Below are positions 17,503 to 26,682 of a stretch of 64,000 bases of DNA, in pieces (the first letter of the stretch is position 1; each line of letters starts with the position of its first letter). A program made the translations under genes and the position numbers. Origin of the DNA: a virus. Under the pieces are notes generated by a model, which ran no database searches, was not told where the DNA came from, and saw only the letters and a list, made by a program, of their open reading frames with translations. Location: the IMG/VR virus record IMGVR_UViG_3300028581_003594, positions 1 to 64,000 of that record; one strand, written 5' to 3'.

Positions 17503-18349
17503 GATAGCAGAACTATTCTACAGCATACAGGGCGAGGGTCGCTACATGGGAGTGCCTTCCGTGTTCATGCGCACATTTGGCTGCAACTTCACCTGTGCGG
17601 GTTTTGGCCTAACCAAAGGCATGCGCAGTGACGAGAATGACCGAGTGTTTGAACAACACAAACTGCATCCTTTCAAAGATTACAAAGAGCTGCCTCTGGT
17701 GAACACAGGCTGTGATTCATATGCATCATGGGATCCACGATTCAAAGATCTATCTCCCATGCTGACATCAGATGCCATTGTGGAAAGAACTATGGAGATA
17801 TTGCCTCACAGACGATGGGTGGATGAACATTTCATATTCACAGGCGGAGAACCATTGCTGGGTTGGCAGAGAGCATATCCTGATTTGTTGGAACACGCGA
17901 AGATGCAAGAACTCAAAGAAATAACATTTGAGACCAATGGCACTCAAAAATTACATGTTGATTTTAAAAAATATTTGCAAGAATGGACACAACGCAACAA
18001 CAGAAACAAAGACAGCATTACATTTTCGGTCAGCGCAAAATTAAGCGTGAGCGGAGAAAAACGTGAAGAAGCCATACTGCCTGAAGTGGTGACAGAATAT
18101 GGTGAAGTGGGTCATGTGTATTTGAAATTTGTGGTGGCAGATCAAACAGATGTGCAGGAGGCCATGGAAGCAGTGAAAGATTATCGTAAAGCAGGATTCT
18201 CGGGATCAGTATATCTGATGCCTGTGGGTGGAGTGGAAAGCGTCTACCACATGAACAATAAAACAGTGGCAGAACTGGCAATGAAGATGGGATATAGATA
18301 CAGTGATAGATTACAGGTGCCTCTGTTTAAAAATGCGTGGGGCACATAA
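17489..18349 (+). CDS. queE: 7-carboxy-7-deazaguanine synthase (radical SAM)
   Basis: ELFYSIQGEG, FMRTFGCNFTC...GCDS, FTGGEPL, ETNGT, SVSAKL and YSDRLQV. Confidence 0.92.
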   Translation: MSKIKIAELFYSIQGEGRYMGVPSVFMRTFGCNFTCAGFGLTKGMRSDENDRVFEQHKLHPFKDYKELPLVNTGCDSYASWDPRFKDLSPMLTSDAIVERTMEILPHRRWVDEHFIFTGGEPLLGWQRAYPDLLEHAKMQELKEITFETNGTQKLHVDFKKYLQEWTQRNNRNKDSITFSVSAKLSVSGEKREEAILPEVVTEYGEVGHVYLKFVVADQTDVQEAMEAVKDYRKAGFSGSVYLMPVGGVESVYHMNNKTVAELAMKMGYRYSDRLQVPLFKNAWGT

Positions 18350-18375
18350 TATGGTAATGACATGTTGGAAAACAA

Positions 18376-18404
18376 TTGATTTATTCCAAGAAGTGTTGTA
18401 AAAT
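18376..18404 (+). promoter_or_regulatory. Sigma70-like promoter
   Basis: TTGATT-17 nt-TAAAAT, 6 nt before ATG 18411. Confidence 0.6.
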
Positions 18405-18410
18405 AGAGGT

Positions 18411-18722
18411 ATGAAAGTGAAGAAAACAAAAGACACAACCATTAAGAAAACTACCAAGAGCGAAGAGCCCATGGTCAAGGTATTGCAAGTGAATGTGAAT
18501 CCAGAAAACCCGAGGAATGGATTTTTTGAACTGGACTGGAATGATGAATTCGTCAACATGCTGAAGCAAAATGGCTACAAGGGAGAATCAGAAGAAGAGA
18601 TAGTGGACAGATGGTTCCAGAGCCTTTGCAGGACCATCGGCAACGAGCAAGGCATAGACATAACTGGCGCAGGTTATGTGCAAATCAATCGAAGAAACGA
18701 CGGCAAGACTGAGGTATCATAG
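18411..18722 (+). CDS. Hypothetical phage protein
   Basis: 103 aa, GFFELDWNDEFV..EEEIVDRWF. Confidence 0.75.
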   Translation: MKVKKTKDTTIKKTTKSEEPMVKVLQVNVNPENPRNGFFELDWNDEFVNMLKQNGYKGESEEEIVDRWFQSLCRTIGNEQGIDITGAGYVQINRRNDGKTEVS

Positions 18723-18725
18723 GGC

Positions 18726-19709
18726 ATGACCCACATACTAGTGGACACTGCAAATACTTTTTTCAGGGCGAGGCACGTCATACGTGGTGATGCCTCTGAG
18801 AAGATCGGCATGGCCATACACATCACGCTAAACTCTATCAAGAAAGCCTGGAATGATTTTGATGGCTCGCACGTGGTGTTCTGCCTAGAAGGTCGTAGTT
18901 GGAGGAAAGACCATTATGCTCCCTACAAAAGAAATCGAAAAGAATTAGCAGATGCCATGACAGCCACAGAGCAGGAAGAGAACAAGCTGTTCTGGGAGTG
19001 TTATGATGATTTCGTGGATTTTATCAGGACCAAGACCAACGTCACGGTGCTGCAAAATGGCAGATGTGAGGCAGATGATCTCATAGCTCGCTGGATCGAT
19101 CTCCATCCCCAACAGCAACATGTTATAATAAGCACAGACAAGGATCTAAATCAATTGGTAGCGCCAAATGTGAGACAATACAATGGCATCACAGAGGAAA
19201 CCATGAAGATGGAGGGATATTTTGACAAGAAGGGTAACCCGGTGATAGACAACAAGACCAAGGAGCACAGGAAAGTAGAGGACCGCGAATGGATGCTGTT
19301 TGAGAAGGCCATGAGGGGAGATCCTTCGGACAACATATTTTCAGCCTTCCCGGGAGTGCGCAAGAAAGGCACCAAGAGCAAAGTGGGATTGATAGAGGCA
19401 TTTGAGGACAGGCTCAACAAGGGCTATGCCTGGAACAATCTCATGCTGAGCAAATGGGTTGATCCCGACGGCATTGAGCACAGGGTGATAGATGATTATG
19501 AGCGTAATAGGTTATTGGTTGACCTGCACGCACAGCCAGAGGCCATCGTGCAGGAATTGGATCAAACCATAGCACAGGCCAAGGCAGAAAACAAACAGAT
19601 ATCACAGGTGGGCATCAGGTTCATGAAGTTCTGCGCCAAATATGACCTGCAAAAGATAACTGAACAGGCACAGTTATACGTGGAACCATTCAATGCGAGG
19701 TTGGCATGA
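18726..19709 (+). CDS. rnh: T4 RNase H-like 5'-3' exonuclease (FEN family)
   Basis: ILVDTAN, SWRKDHYAPYKRNR, EADDLIA, ISTDKDLNQL and GDPSDNI. Confidence 0.93.
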   Translation: MTHILVDTANTFFRARHVIRGDASEKIGMAIHITLNSIKKAWNDFDGSHVVFCLEGRSWRKDHYAPYKRNRKELADAMTATEQEENKLFWECYDDFVDFIRTKTNVTVLQNGRCEADDLIARWIDLHPQQQHVIISTDKDLNQLVAPNVRQYNGITEETMKMEGYFDKKGNPVIDNKTKEHRKVEDREWMLFEKAMRGDPSDNIFSAFPGVRKKGTKSKVGLIEAFEDRLNKGYAWNNLMLSKWVDPDGIEHRVIDDYERNRLLVDLHAQPEAIVQELDQTIAQAKAENKQISQVGIRFMKFCAKYDLQKITEQAQLYVEPFNARLA

Positions 19710-20218
19710 CAGTTAAAGCTAAGATATTGGTGAAGGACAAGTTCTGGATCATTGAGGAGAATGGACAGAAGCTGGGCACACTGCAGAAGAAAGATGACAA
19801 TGGTTGGATCTTCCTGGGCAAGAAAGACCAGAGGCAAGAATATCCCACGCAGGAGAGTCTCTATTCGCGATTTGGATCGGGCATCTTCGCCATGGACATC
19901 ACAGTTCCGCCCAACGAGCCCAAGACCGACGAGAGCGAGTGGCATGTGCATGGCTATCCCTGTTCCCAACAGCCCTACAACAGCATGTTTGATGTGCAGA
20001 AGCAACTGCCCATCTACACCAAGACCCCCAAGAGCAGGAGCCTGTTCTGCGCTGGCTACTACATCATAGACTTCCCCAAAGGATGGAGGAAGGCCTACTG
20101 CCCCAAGGTAATTACACTACAGCGATATGCCTACAAAGGGCCTATCAAAAGCAAGATAGAAATGCAACAGATATTGAACAATGCAATCAAAGAACAAAAT
20201 ACAGACACAACCCATTGA
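19706..20218 (+). CDS. Hypothetical phage protein
   Basis: Coupled ORF (ATGA overlap), 170 aa. Confidence 0.75.
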   Translation: MTVKAKILVKDKFWIIEENGQKLGTLQKKDDNGWIFLGKKDQRQEYPTQESLYSRFGSGIFAMDITVPPNEPKTDESEWHVHGYPCSQQPYNSMFDVQKQLPIYTKTPKSRSLFCAGYYIIDFPKGWRKAYCPKVITLQRYAYKGPIKSKIEMQQILNNAIKEQNTDTTH

Positions 20219-20429
20219 AGACTTCATAGCCAGGGTCAGGACTGCCAAGAGCAAGCAGGATAAGAATATCACCCTGACCATGCAGGATGCGGACCGTTTG
20301 GCCGCCAGTTTGAGTCAAACCATGACAAGATTGGTGTCTGTGCAGGAAGACATAATTGAAGCCCTCAAAACAGCACAACAAGCCCAAACAATCAACATCG
20401 AAATGGACGGCGGCAAGTTCAGCAAATAA
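20181..20429 (+). CDS. Hypothetical coiled-coil protein
   Basis: 82 aa ORF in operon order. Confidence 0.65.
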   Translation: MQSKNKIQTQPIEDFIARVRTAKSKQDKNITLTMQDADRLAASLSQTMTRLVSVQEDIIEALKTAQQAQTINIEMDGGKFSK

Positions 20430-20466
20430 TCTATCTGGTAAAAATTGGTAAATACTATGATAAATT

Positions 20467-20754
20467 ATGTCCAGACCCAAGCCAACCGTGCTGTTAACAA
20501 TCAGCAATAAAGACACTTACAAGCAAGAGGAAGTGCTTGCGGCTGAAGGCATTTGGGCAGTGTTTTACGATGGTAAACCCATCAATCTCAAAAGCTCCAG
20601 TTTGGTCAGCAACTATCCAGGCCCCAAGTACAAGAAGGTATCCTTCTCCAATCCAGGACACGCGGAGAACCTGGCCAAGAAGCTCAACACCATGCACAAG
20701 ACTGACAAGTTTGGCGTGTACCTATTAAAGACCGGCGAAAAATTCAAGAGATAA
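20467..20754 (+). CDS. Hypothetical basic protein
   Basis: 95 aa; TAAATA at 20449-20454 upstream. Confidence 0.75.
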   Translation: MSRPKPTVLLTISNKDTYKQEEVLAAEGIWAVFYDGKPINLKSSSLVSNYPGPKYKKVSFSNPGHAENLAKKLNTMHKTDKFGVYLLKTGEKFKR

Positions 20755-20762
20755 TTAACAGT

Positions 20763-21158
20763 ATGGACGTCAAGACCGCCTATACTCGCACCTTCATGCA
20801 ATTGCTGAATCAGCCCGATCATGAGGAAACTCTCAAGACCTATTATTATACCTGGTGGCAGAATGTGAGAGAGAGCTATCAGGCCCGATCACTGAGGATG
20901 ACCAAATCAGGATTAGAAATTTTAAAAAAGTTAGAAATCAAGACCTACAGCATCAAATTTCCAGACAAGATCATCTTCACGCCGCAAACTTTCCTATGGT
21001 TGGATGAGTACGTGGATTGTCCATATTATGTGGATAAAAAACAGATTGTGGTCACAATGGAAAGAATGGCCCTGCAATTAATGATGTTCGCGGGAGATGT
21101 GACCAAATATGGGTTGGCTCGTGCAATGAGCAAAATAGACGAGCAAAAAAGTCAGTAA
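20763..21158 (+). CDS. Hypothetical protein
   Basis: 131 aa ORF in operon order. Confidence 0.75.
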   Translation: MDVKTAYTRTFMQLLNQPDHEETLKTYYYTWWQNVRESYQARSLRMTKSGLEILKKLEIKTYSIKFPDKIIFTPQTFLWLDEYVDCPYYVDKKQIVVTMERMALQLMMFAGDVTKYGLARAMSKIDEQKSQ

Positions 21159-21178
21159 AATCAGTGAGTTATACCCAG

Positions 21179-21206
21179 TTGACCTTATACGGTTTTATGT
21201 TATAAT
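21179..21206 (+). promoter_or_regulatory. Sigma70-like promoter (extended -10)
   Basis: TTGACC-16 nt-TATAAT with TG extension; SD GAGG before ATG 21240. Confidence 0.7.
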
Positions 21207-21239
21207 GATACTATAACAAACTTTAAGAGAGGTCTTAAA

Positions 21240-22343
21240 ATGGTGAGCAAAAAAGAAAAGGGCACAGCGGTTGGCTCTCAGAACAGAACCGTAACTCCAA
21301 ATGAAGCAAAGGCAGCACTATCGCATTGCCTGCAATTACAAAGACCACTAATGATGTGGGGTGCACCTGGTATTGGTAAATCTGATATCGTCAAACAGGT
21401 CGCAGAAGAACAAGATAGATCAGTGATTGATATCAGGTTGCCATTGTGGGAACCCACAGATATCAAAGGTATTCCTTATTACAACAGCAAAGAAAACAAC
21501 ATGGTCTGGGCTCCACCAGCGGAACTGCCCACCGATCCGGAATCCACTGATATCATATTCCTGGACGAGCTTAATTCGGCTGCTCCTGCTGTGCAGGCCG
21601 CGGCATACCAATTGATATTGAACAGGAGGGTTGGACAATACCATCTTCCCAAGGGCGTGGCCATAGTGGCTGCGGGCAACAGGGACGCGGACAAGGGCGT
21701 GACCTACAGGATGCCGGCGCCGTTGGCCAACAGGTTCGTACACATCGAACTGAGAGTGGACTACGAAGATTGGATGCAGTGGGCGACCCTGCACTACATA
21801 CACCCAGACGTGGTGGGCTATGTCACATTCGCCAAACAAGATTTATATGATTTTGATCCCAAGGGATCATCACGTTCTTTCGCAACTCCAAGATCGTGGA
21901 GTTTCGTCAGCCAACTTCTATCGGACAGCCTGCCTGAAAGTACGCTCACAGACCTCGTGGCAGGCGCAGTAGGAGAGGGCCTGGCCGTTAAGTTTATGAA
22001 CCATCGTAAAATTAGCGGCCAGCTACCTAACCCATCCGACATACTGAGCGGCAAGGTCAAGGATCTAAAGACCAAGGAGATATCTGCGATGTATTCTCTC
22101 ACCGTCAGCCTGTGCTATGAACTGCAACAGGCGCACATAGACAAGCAGAAAAATTGGAACGACATGGCGGACAGGTTCTTCAACTACATGATGGACAACT
22201 TCGAGACCGAGCTGGTTGTGATGGGTGCCAAGATCGCTCTCACAAACTACAAATTGCCATTTGATCCAAGCAAGTTAAAATCATTCGATAGGTTCCATAA
22301 GAAGTTTGGCAAGTATGTCATAACTGCCATGGAGTCTAAATAA
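21240..22343 (+). CDS. MoxR-like AAA+ ATPase
   Basis: Walker A GAPGIGKS, Walker B IIFLDELN, AAGN, arginine finger LANRF and sensor TPRSW. Confidence 0.92.
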   Translation: MVSKKEKGTAVGSQNRTVTPNEAKAALSHCLQLQRPLMMWGAPGIGKSDIVKQVAEEQDRSVIDIRLPLWEPTDIKGIPYYNSKENNMVWAPPAELPTDPESTDIIFLDELNSAAPAVQAAAYQLILNRRVGQYHLPKGVAIVAAGNRDADKGVTYRMPAPLANRFVHIELRVDYEDWMQWATLHYIHPDVVGYVTFAKQDLYDFDPKGSSRSFATPRSWSFVSQLLSDSLPESTLTDLVAGAVGEGLAVKFMNHRKISGQLPNPSDILSGKVKDLKTKEISAMYSLTVSLCYELQQAHIDKQKNWNDMADRFFNYMMDNFETELVVMGAKIALTNYKLPFDPSKLKSFDRFHKKFGKYVITAMESK

Positions 22344-23587
22344 TGGCTGCGACAGATCAAAAAATTCTAGACAAACTGGTCACGGCGAGGATCGCGCTGT
22401 TGTTGAAGCATCCTTTCTTTGGCAACTTGGCCACGAGGCTCAAAATCGTCAACGCGGACGACTGGTGTCCAACCGCTGCCACTGATGGCAGACACTTCTT
22501 CTACAACATCAAATTCATCGACAGCCTAACACCGAGAGAGACCGAGTTCCTGTTCGGACACGAGGTACTGCACAATGTGTTCGAGCACATGCTGTTGAGG
22601 AGCGAGGGCAGAGATCCTGAGATATGGAACGTGGCTTGCGACTACGCGGTAAACCAGATATTGGTGGACTACAGGATCGGCGAGATGCCCAAGGGCAAGA
22701 AGGGCGAGAACAAGGGCTTCCAGGACGACAAGTACAAGGACTGGGCTTCGGAAAAGATCTACGATGAGCTGATGAAACAGGTCAAGAAGAACAAGGTGGA
22801 CCTAAAGAAATTGGGACAGCTCCTAGACGAGCACATAGAATGGGGCAAGGGCCAGAGACAAGGCGAGGGTGAAGGCAAGGACAAGGATCAGCAGGGACAA
22901 GGATCCGGCGGAAAACCCGTGTACACAAAAGAAGAACTTAAAAAGATCAAGGATGAGATAAAAGAAGCCATGATGTCAGCGGCACAGAGCACAGGTGCGG
23001 GCAATCTCCCTGGCAGCATACAGAGGATGATAAGCGTGCTCACGGAACCAAAATTGAACTGGAGAGAGATCATACAGCAACAGATATTGAGCACCATGAA
23101 GAGCGACTACACGTTCATGAAGCCCAGCAGGAGGAGCTGGCACATGGACGCCATCCTGCCCGGCATGGTCAACGTGGACAGCATTGACATATGCCTGGCC
23201 ATTGACGCATCTGGATCCATAAGTGAACAGCAGTGCAGGGATTTCCTGGGAGAGATCAGGGGCATAATGGAACAGTACAAGGATTTCAAAATACATCTTT
23301 GGTCCTTCGACACCAAGGTTTTCAACCCCAAGATATTCACGCCAGACAACATGGACGAACTAACGGAATACGTGATCGGCTCCGGTGGTGGCACAGATTT
23401 TGACTGCAACTGGGAGTTCATGAAGGAAGAGGGCATAGAGCCCAAGAAATTCATCATGTTCACGGACGGATGGCCCTTTGACAGCTGGGGTGACAAGGAC
23501 TACTGCGACACCATATTCCTTATCAACAACAGCTACGAGAGGAACATACAGGCCCCATTTGGCATGACGGTGAACTATGAGGATTAA
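22343..23587 (+). CDS. Metallopeptidase-like plus vWA domain protein (DUF2201-type), MoxR partner
   Basis: TAATDG, HEVLH (HExxH), WNVACDYAVN; MIDAS DASGS, GGGTDF and FTDG. Confidence 0.9.
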   Translation: MAATDQKILDKLVTARIALLLKHPFFGNLATRLKIVNADDWCPTAATDGRHFFYNIKFIDSLTPRETEFLFGHEVLHNVFEHMLLRSEGRDPEIWNVACDYAVNQILVDYRIGEMPKGKKGENKGFQDDKYKDWASEKIYDELMKQVKKNKVDLKKLGQLLDEHIEWGKGQRQGEGEGKDKDQQGQGSGGKPVYTKEELKKIKDEIKEAMMSAAQSTGAGNLPGSIQRMISVLTEPKLNWREIIQQQILSTMKSDYTFMKPSRRSWHMDAILPGMVNVDSIDICLAIDASGSISEQQCRDFLGEIRGIMEQYKDFKIHLWSFDTKVFNPKIFTPDNMDELTEYVIGSGGGTDFDCNWEFMKEEGIEPKKFIMFTDGWPFDSWGDKDYCDTIFLINNSYERNIQAPFGMTVNYED

Positions 23588-23840
23588 TCCAAAAAATTTC
23601 CATCCGAGGAAACTGGATCGAATCCCCCCGCATTTCAAGGTCATTGCATTACCAAATCAAATAGAATACCAGCAACACAAGACCACCCGCTGGATACACG
23701 CACACTGCGCTGGCAGGTTCGCCTTGGTAAATGATGTGCAATACCAAAATGACCAAGTCACATCAGTGACCAAGATCGGCTTCGAAGAGCCCAGCGACCT
23801 CACCATGTTCATACTCAGCGGCATGGCCCAGAATGCGTGA
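23577..23840 (+). CDS. Hypothetical protein
   Basis: 87 aa ORF overlapping the upstream stop; ends KIGFEEPSDLTMF. Confidence 0.65.
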   Translation: MRINPKNFHPRKLDRIPPHFKVIALPNQIEYQQHKTTRWIHAHCAGRFALVNDVQYQNDQVTSVTKIGFEEPSDLTMFILSGMAQNA

Positions 23841-23849
23841 ATTTAGGCG

Positions 23850-23878
23850 TTGACCACACTAACTAATTTTGTTACAAT
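23850..23878 (+). promoter_or_regulatory. Sigma70-like promoter
   Basis: TTGACC-17 nt-TACAAT; SD AGGAG before ATG 23909. Confidence 0.7.
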
Positions 23879-23908
23879 ATTATTCTAATTGCAATTAGGA
23901 GAAAAAAA

Positions 23909-24223
23909 ATGGCAACAAAAAAAACAAAAAAAGAGACTGAGTCAGTAGCGCCGGCCATGCCAGCTGCCAACGCTCAACCAACTACGCCTCCCCCACAGGG
24001 ACAGGCGCCAGCAGCACCAGATCTAACCATAGCTGATCTAAAAAATATAGGCACCATACTTGACGTGGCTTCCACTAGAGGAGCCTTCAGGGCCAACGAG
24101 ATGGCTACCATAGGATTGGTGTACAACAAACTTCAGATGTTCCTGGCCAGAGTGGCTCCAGAGACCAAACCTGAAGACAACAAAACTGCAACTGCACCAG
24201 CGCCAACAGCGCCAGGAAAGTAG
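23909..24223 (+). CDS. Hypothetical protein with Pro/Ala-rich termini
   Basis: Core LTIADLKNIGTILDVASTRGAFRANEM; strong SD. Confidence 0.75.
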   Translation: MATKKTKKETESVAPAMPAANAQPTTPPPQGQAPAAPDLTIADLKNIGTILDVASTRGAFRANEMATIGLVYNKLQMFLARVAPETKPEDNKTATAPAPTAPGK

Positions 24224-24226
24224 ACA

Positions 24227-24751
24227 ATGTTAAACCTATATGACAAGCTAGTGATGGATGCTGCCGGCACGGGCGGCACCACAGAAGCTGCACGTGTTTT
24301 CAAACACATCGGCGTGCTGAAAGAAGACAATACGCCGGTGGTGATCGTGTTCCGCACAATACCAAACGAACCAAATTTCTGTTTGGTGGTGGGGCCTAAA
24401 TTCCTGCCCGACAACAGTCGAGACGCCCTGATGCGAGCTGTGGAGAGCAAGGACGGCCAGTCAAGTTTTGAACTGGGCACCCACATTGCCAGGCTCAATT
24501 TCCAGGATGGAGTCAACATGCTGGCATCGTTGCACGTGGACAACTATCTCAAGAAGTTCCAGACCAAGGACATCATAGTGACCTATGGTGCCGGTGATGC
24601 GGGCAAGATATCATTGGACAAACTCAATCAGATGATAGCGGATGACATGAAAGTTTCCATCAATGAGCTAGCGGTCAAAGAGAACATAGTGCTGTCCAAG
24701 AAAGAGAAATCCAACAAAAAATCCAATGCCAAGGAAGCTGCCAAGAACTAA
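24227..24751 (+). CDS. Hypothetical phage protein
   Basis: 174 aa ORF in operon order. Confidence 0.7.
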   Translation: MLNLYDKLVMDAAGTGGTTEAARVFKHIGVLKEDNTPVVIVFRTIPNEPNFCLVVGPKFLPDNSRDALMRAVESKDGQSSFELGTHIARLNFQDGVNMLASLHVDNYLKKFQTKDIIVTYGAGDAGKISLDKLNQMIADDMKVSINELAVKENIVLSKKEKSNKKSNAKEAAKN

Positions 24752-25070
24752 GCAGACCTGGGTGCAACTGACTTCGGAGTTCGTCAAGGAATGGCCCGAG
24801 GTTCTAGAGGGCATCAAGTACAGCAACATGCCCATAGGCTACGTCAAGTACTGCGACATCACCTTGAAGAACAACGTGACCATACACTATGACGTGGAGA
24901 AGGAACTGCAGAACAAGAAATCCCAGATGGAAGTGGCCAACACGCTGAAGAGATATGTCAGCAACAACTACGCCAACGTCAAACACGTGGACCTAAAATT
25001 TGACATACCCAAGCTGAAAAGAGAGATGGAGTCAAAGACCAACAAGCTGTTGGACAAAACTTTTAAATGA
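24726..25070 (+). CDS. Hypothetical phage protein
   Basis: 114 aa, EWPEVLEGI motif; overlaps both neighbours. Confidence 0.7.
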   Translation: MPRKLPRTKQTWVQLTSEFVKEWPEVLEGIKYSNMPIGYVKYCDITLKNNVTIHYDVEKELQNKKSQMEVANTLKRYVSNNYANVKHVDLKFDIPKLKREMESKTNKLLDKTFK

Positions 25071-25714
25071 ATGCGTTCTGCCAAAGAAAATTCTTAATAC
25101 TGACGGCTCATCCAGATGACGCAGAAGCCGCCTGCGGCGGATTGATATCCAAAATATTAGCGGGGGGTGGAGCGGTGACCAATCTCATAATGGTCCGACC
25201 ATCCAAGGAGATCAACAGCAAGAGGGACGAGACCATAGTGAGGTCAGAGTTATACAGGAGCCAGGGCGTATTGAAGCACACCGTTGAGTGTTACCAAACC
25301 CCTCTGCACGAAGACGGCAGGCCAAACTTGGTGCTGTCCAACAATCTCATCACGGAAGTGGAGATGGTGGCCAAGGATTATGACGTGTTGATCACGCATT
25401 GGCGAGAGGACACACATCAGGAGCATAGGGTATGCTATGAGTTGGGTCTCAGCATGTCCAGGAAGTCATACCAGGAATTTTGGTGCATGGACCAGGCCCC
25501 GTACAACCTGCGTTATGAAAATTTCAACGCAAATCTCTATGTTGACATAACAGATCATGTGCAACACAAGATCAGGGCGTTGGAGTGCTACAAATCATAT
25601 TTCACGCAAGTAGCAATAGAACAGATCATCAATTACAATCGACACAGAGGTTCTTTCCTCGGCGAGGGCAGGATTGCAGAAACATTCTCGGTGCAATATC
25701 AGAAAATCACATGA
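25067..25714 (+). CDS. PIG-L/LmbE family N-deacetylase
   Basis: AHPDDAE, DTHQEH, YVDIT and KIRALECYKS. Confidence 0.88.
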   Translation: MNAFCQRKFLILTAHPDDAEAACGGLISKILAGGGAVTNLIMVRPSKEINSKRDETIVRSELYRSQGVLKHTVECYQTPLHEDGRPNLVLSNNLITEVEMVAKDYDVLITHWREDTHQEHRVCYELGLSMSRKSYQEFWCMDQAPYNLRYENFNANLYVDITDHVQHKIRALECYKSYFTQVAIEQIINYNRHRGSFLGEGRIAETFSVQYQKIT

Positions 25715-26682
25715 ACATATTGATACTGGGTGGACATGGTCTGATTGGTAGCCGCGTCAGCCAGCGACTGAAGAAAGAGGGACACACCGTGGGTGTGGTG
25801 GACTGCTACCATCAATACAACGCCTTCCCAGACTGGGAGTATTTTCCATTGCTGGAGCAGAGGAAAGTCATTGCCAATAACGATCGCACATTCATGGGCA
25901 GGATCGAGGACAAGGCATTCATGGCCACCACATTTGCTGAATTCCAACCAGAATCGGTTATTCATTTGGGCACTTACCCCAACGCCAAGATGGTTCAGAA
26001 CAACATAGACGATGCCACAGGCAACATGATCAATGCCACGGCGAATGTGCTGGACCTATGCGTCAAACACAAGGTGAGGAAAATTGTTTTCGCCAGCAGC
26101 AGCATGGTGTATGGTGATTTCAAGGAACAGATACCAGATGAGAAAGTGACGCCAAACCCCAACACATTGTATGGCTCGTACAAGTATCAGGGTGAGCTGA
26201 TGTGCAAAATTTGGAGGAGGGCACATGGATTGAATTACGTGATAATGCGACCATCAGCTCTGTACGGCACTCCAGACATAATAGTGCGAGTAATAAGCCA
26301 ATTGGTAAAAAGTGCTTTCACCAAAAAGGAAATGACGGTGCAGGGTCCTGACAACAAATTGGATTTCTCACACGTGGAGGACGTGGCGGAATATTTTGTC
26401 AGGGCCGCGTTGTCTGATGTCGTGGATGAAGTTTTCAATTGCACCAGGGGCAGGGGACGAAGGATAATCGATGCCGCGGAAATAGTGCAATCTCTTATTC
26501 CCGGGGTCAGGATCATCACCAAACCACATGACGAATTTTATCCCAACAGAGACACATTGAACAGCAACAAAGCCATAGCGCTTTTGAAATTCCAACCCAT
26601 GATCGACATTGAGCAGGGCATACCAGAATATGTCAACTGGTTCTCCAAGCAAAAATTTTATAGGGACAATCTAAATTTTTAA
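25711..26682 (+). CDS. NAD-dependent epimerase/dehydratase
   Basis: GGHGLIG, ASSSMVYG and YGSYK; true start is ATG 25711 (ATGA overlap). Confidence 0.9.
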   Translation: MNILILGGHGLIGSRVSQRLKKEGHTVGVVDCYHQYNAFPDWEYFPLLEQRKVIANNDRTFMGRIEDKAFMATTFAEFQPESVIHLGTYPNAKMVQNNIDDATGNMINATANVLDLCVKHKVRKIVFASSSMVYGDFKEQIPDEKVTPNPNTLYGSYKYQGELMCKIWRRAHGLNYVIMRPSALYGTPDIIVRVISQLVKSAFTKKEMTVQGPDNKLDFSHVEDVAEYFVRAALSDVVDEVFNCTRGRGRRIIDAAEIVQSLIPGVRIITKPHDEFYPNRDTLNSNKAIALLKFQPMIDIEQGIPEYVNWFSKQKFYRDNLNF

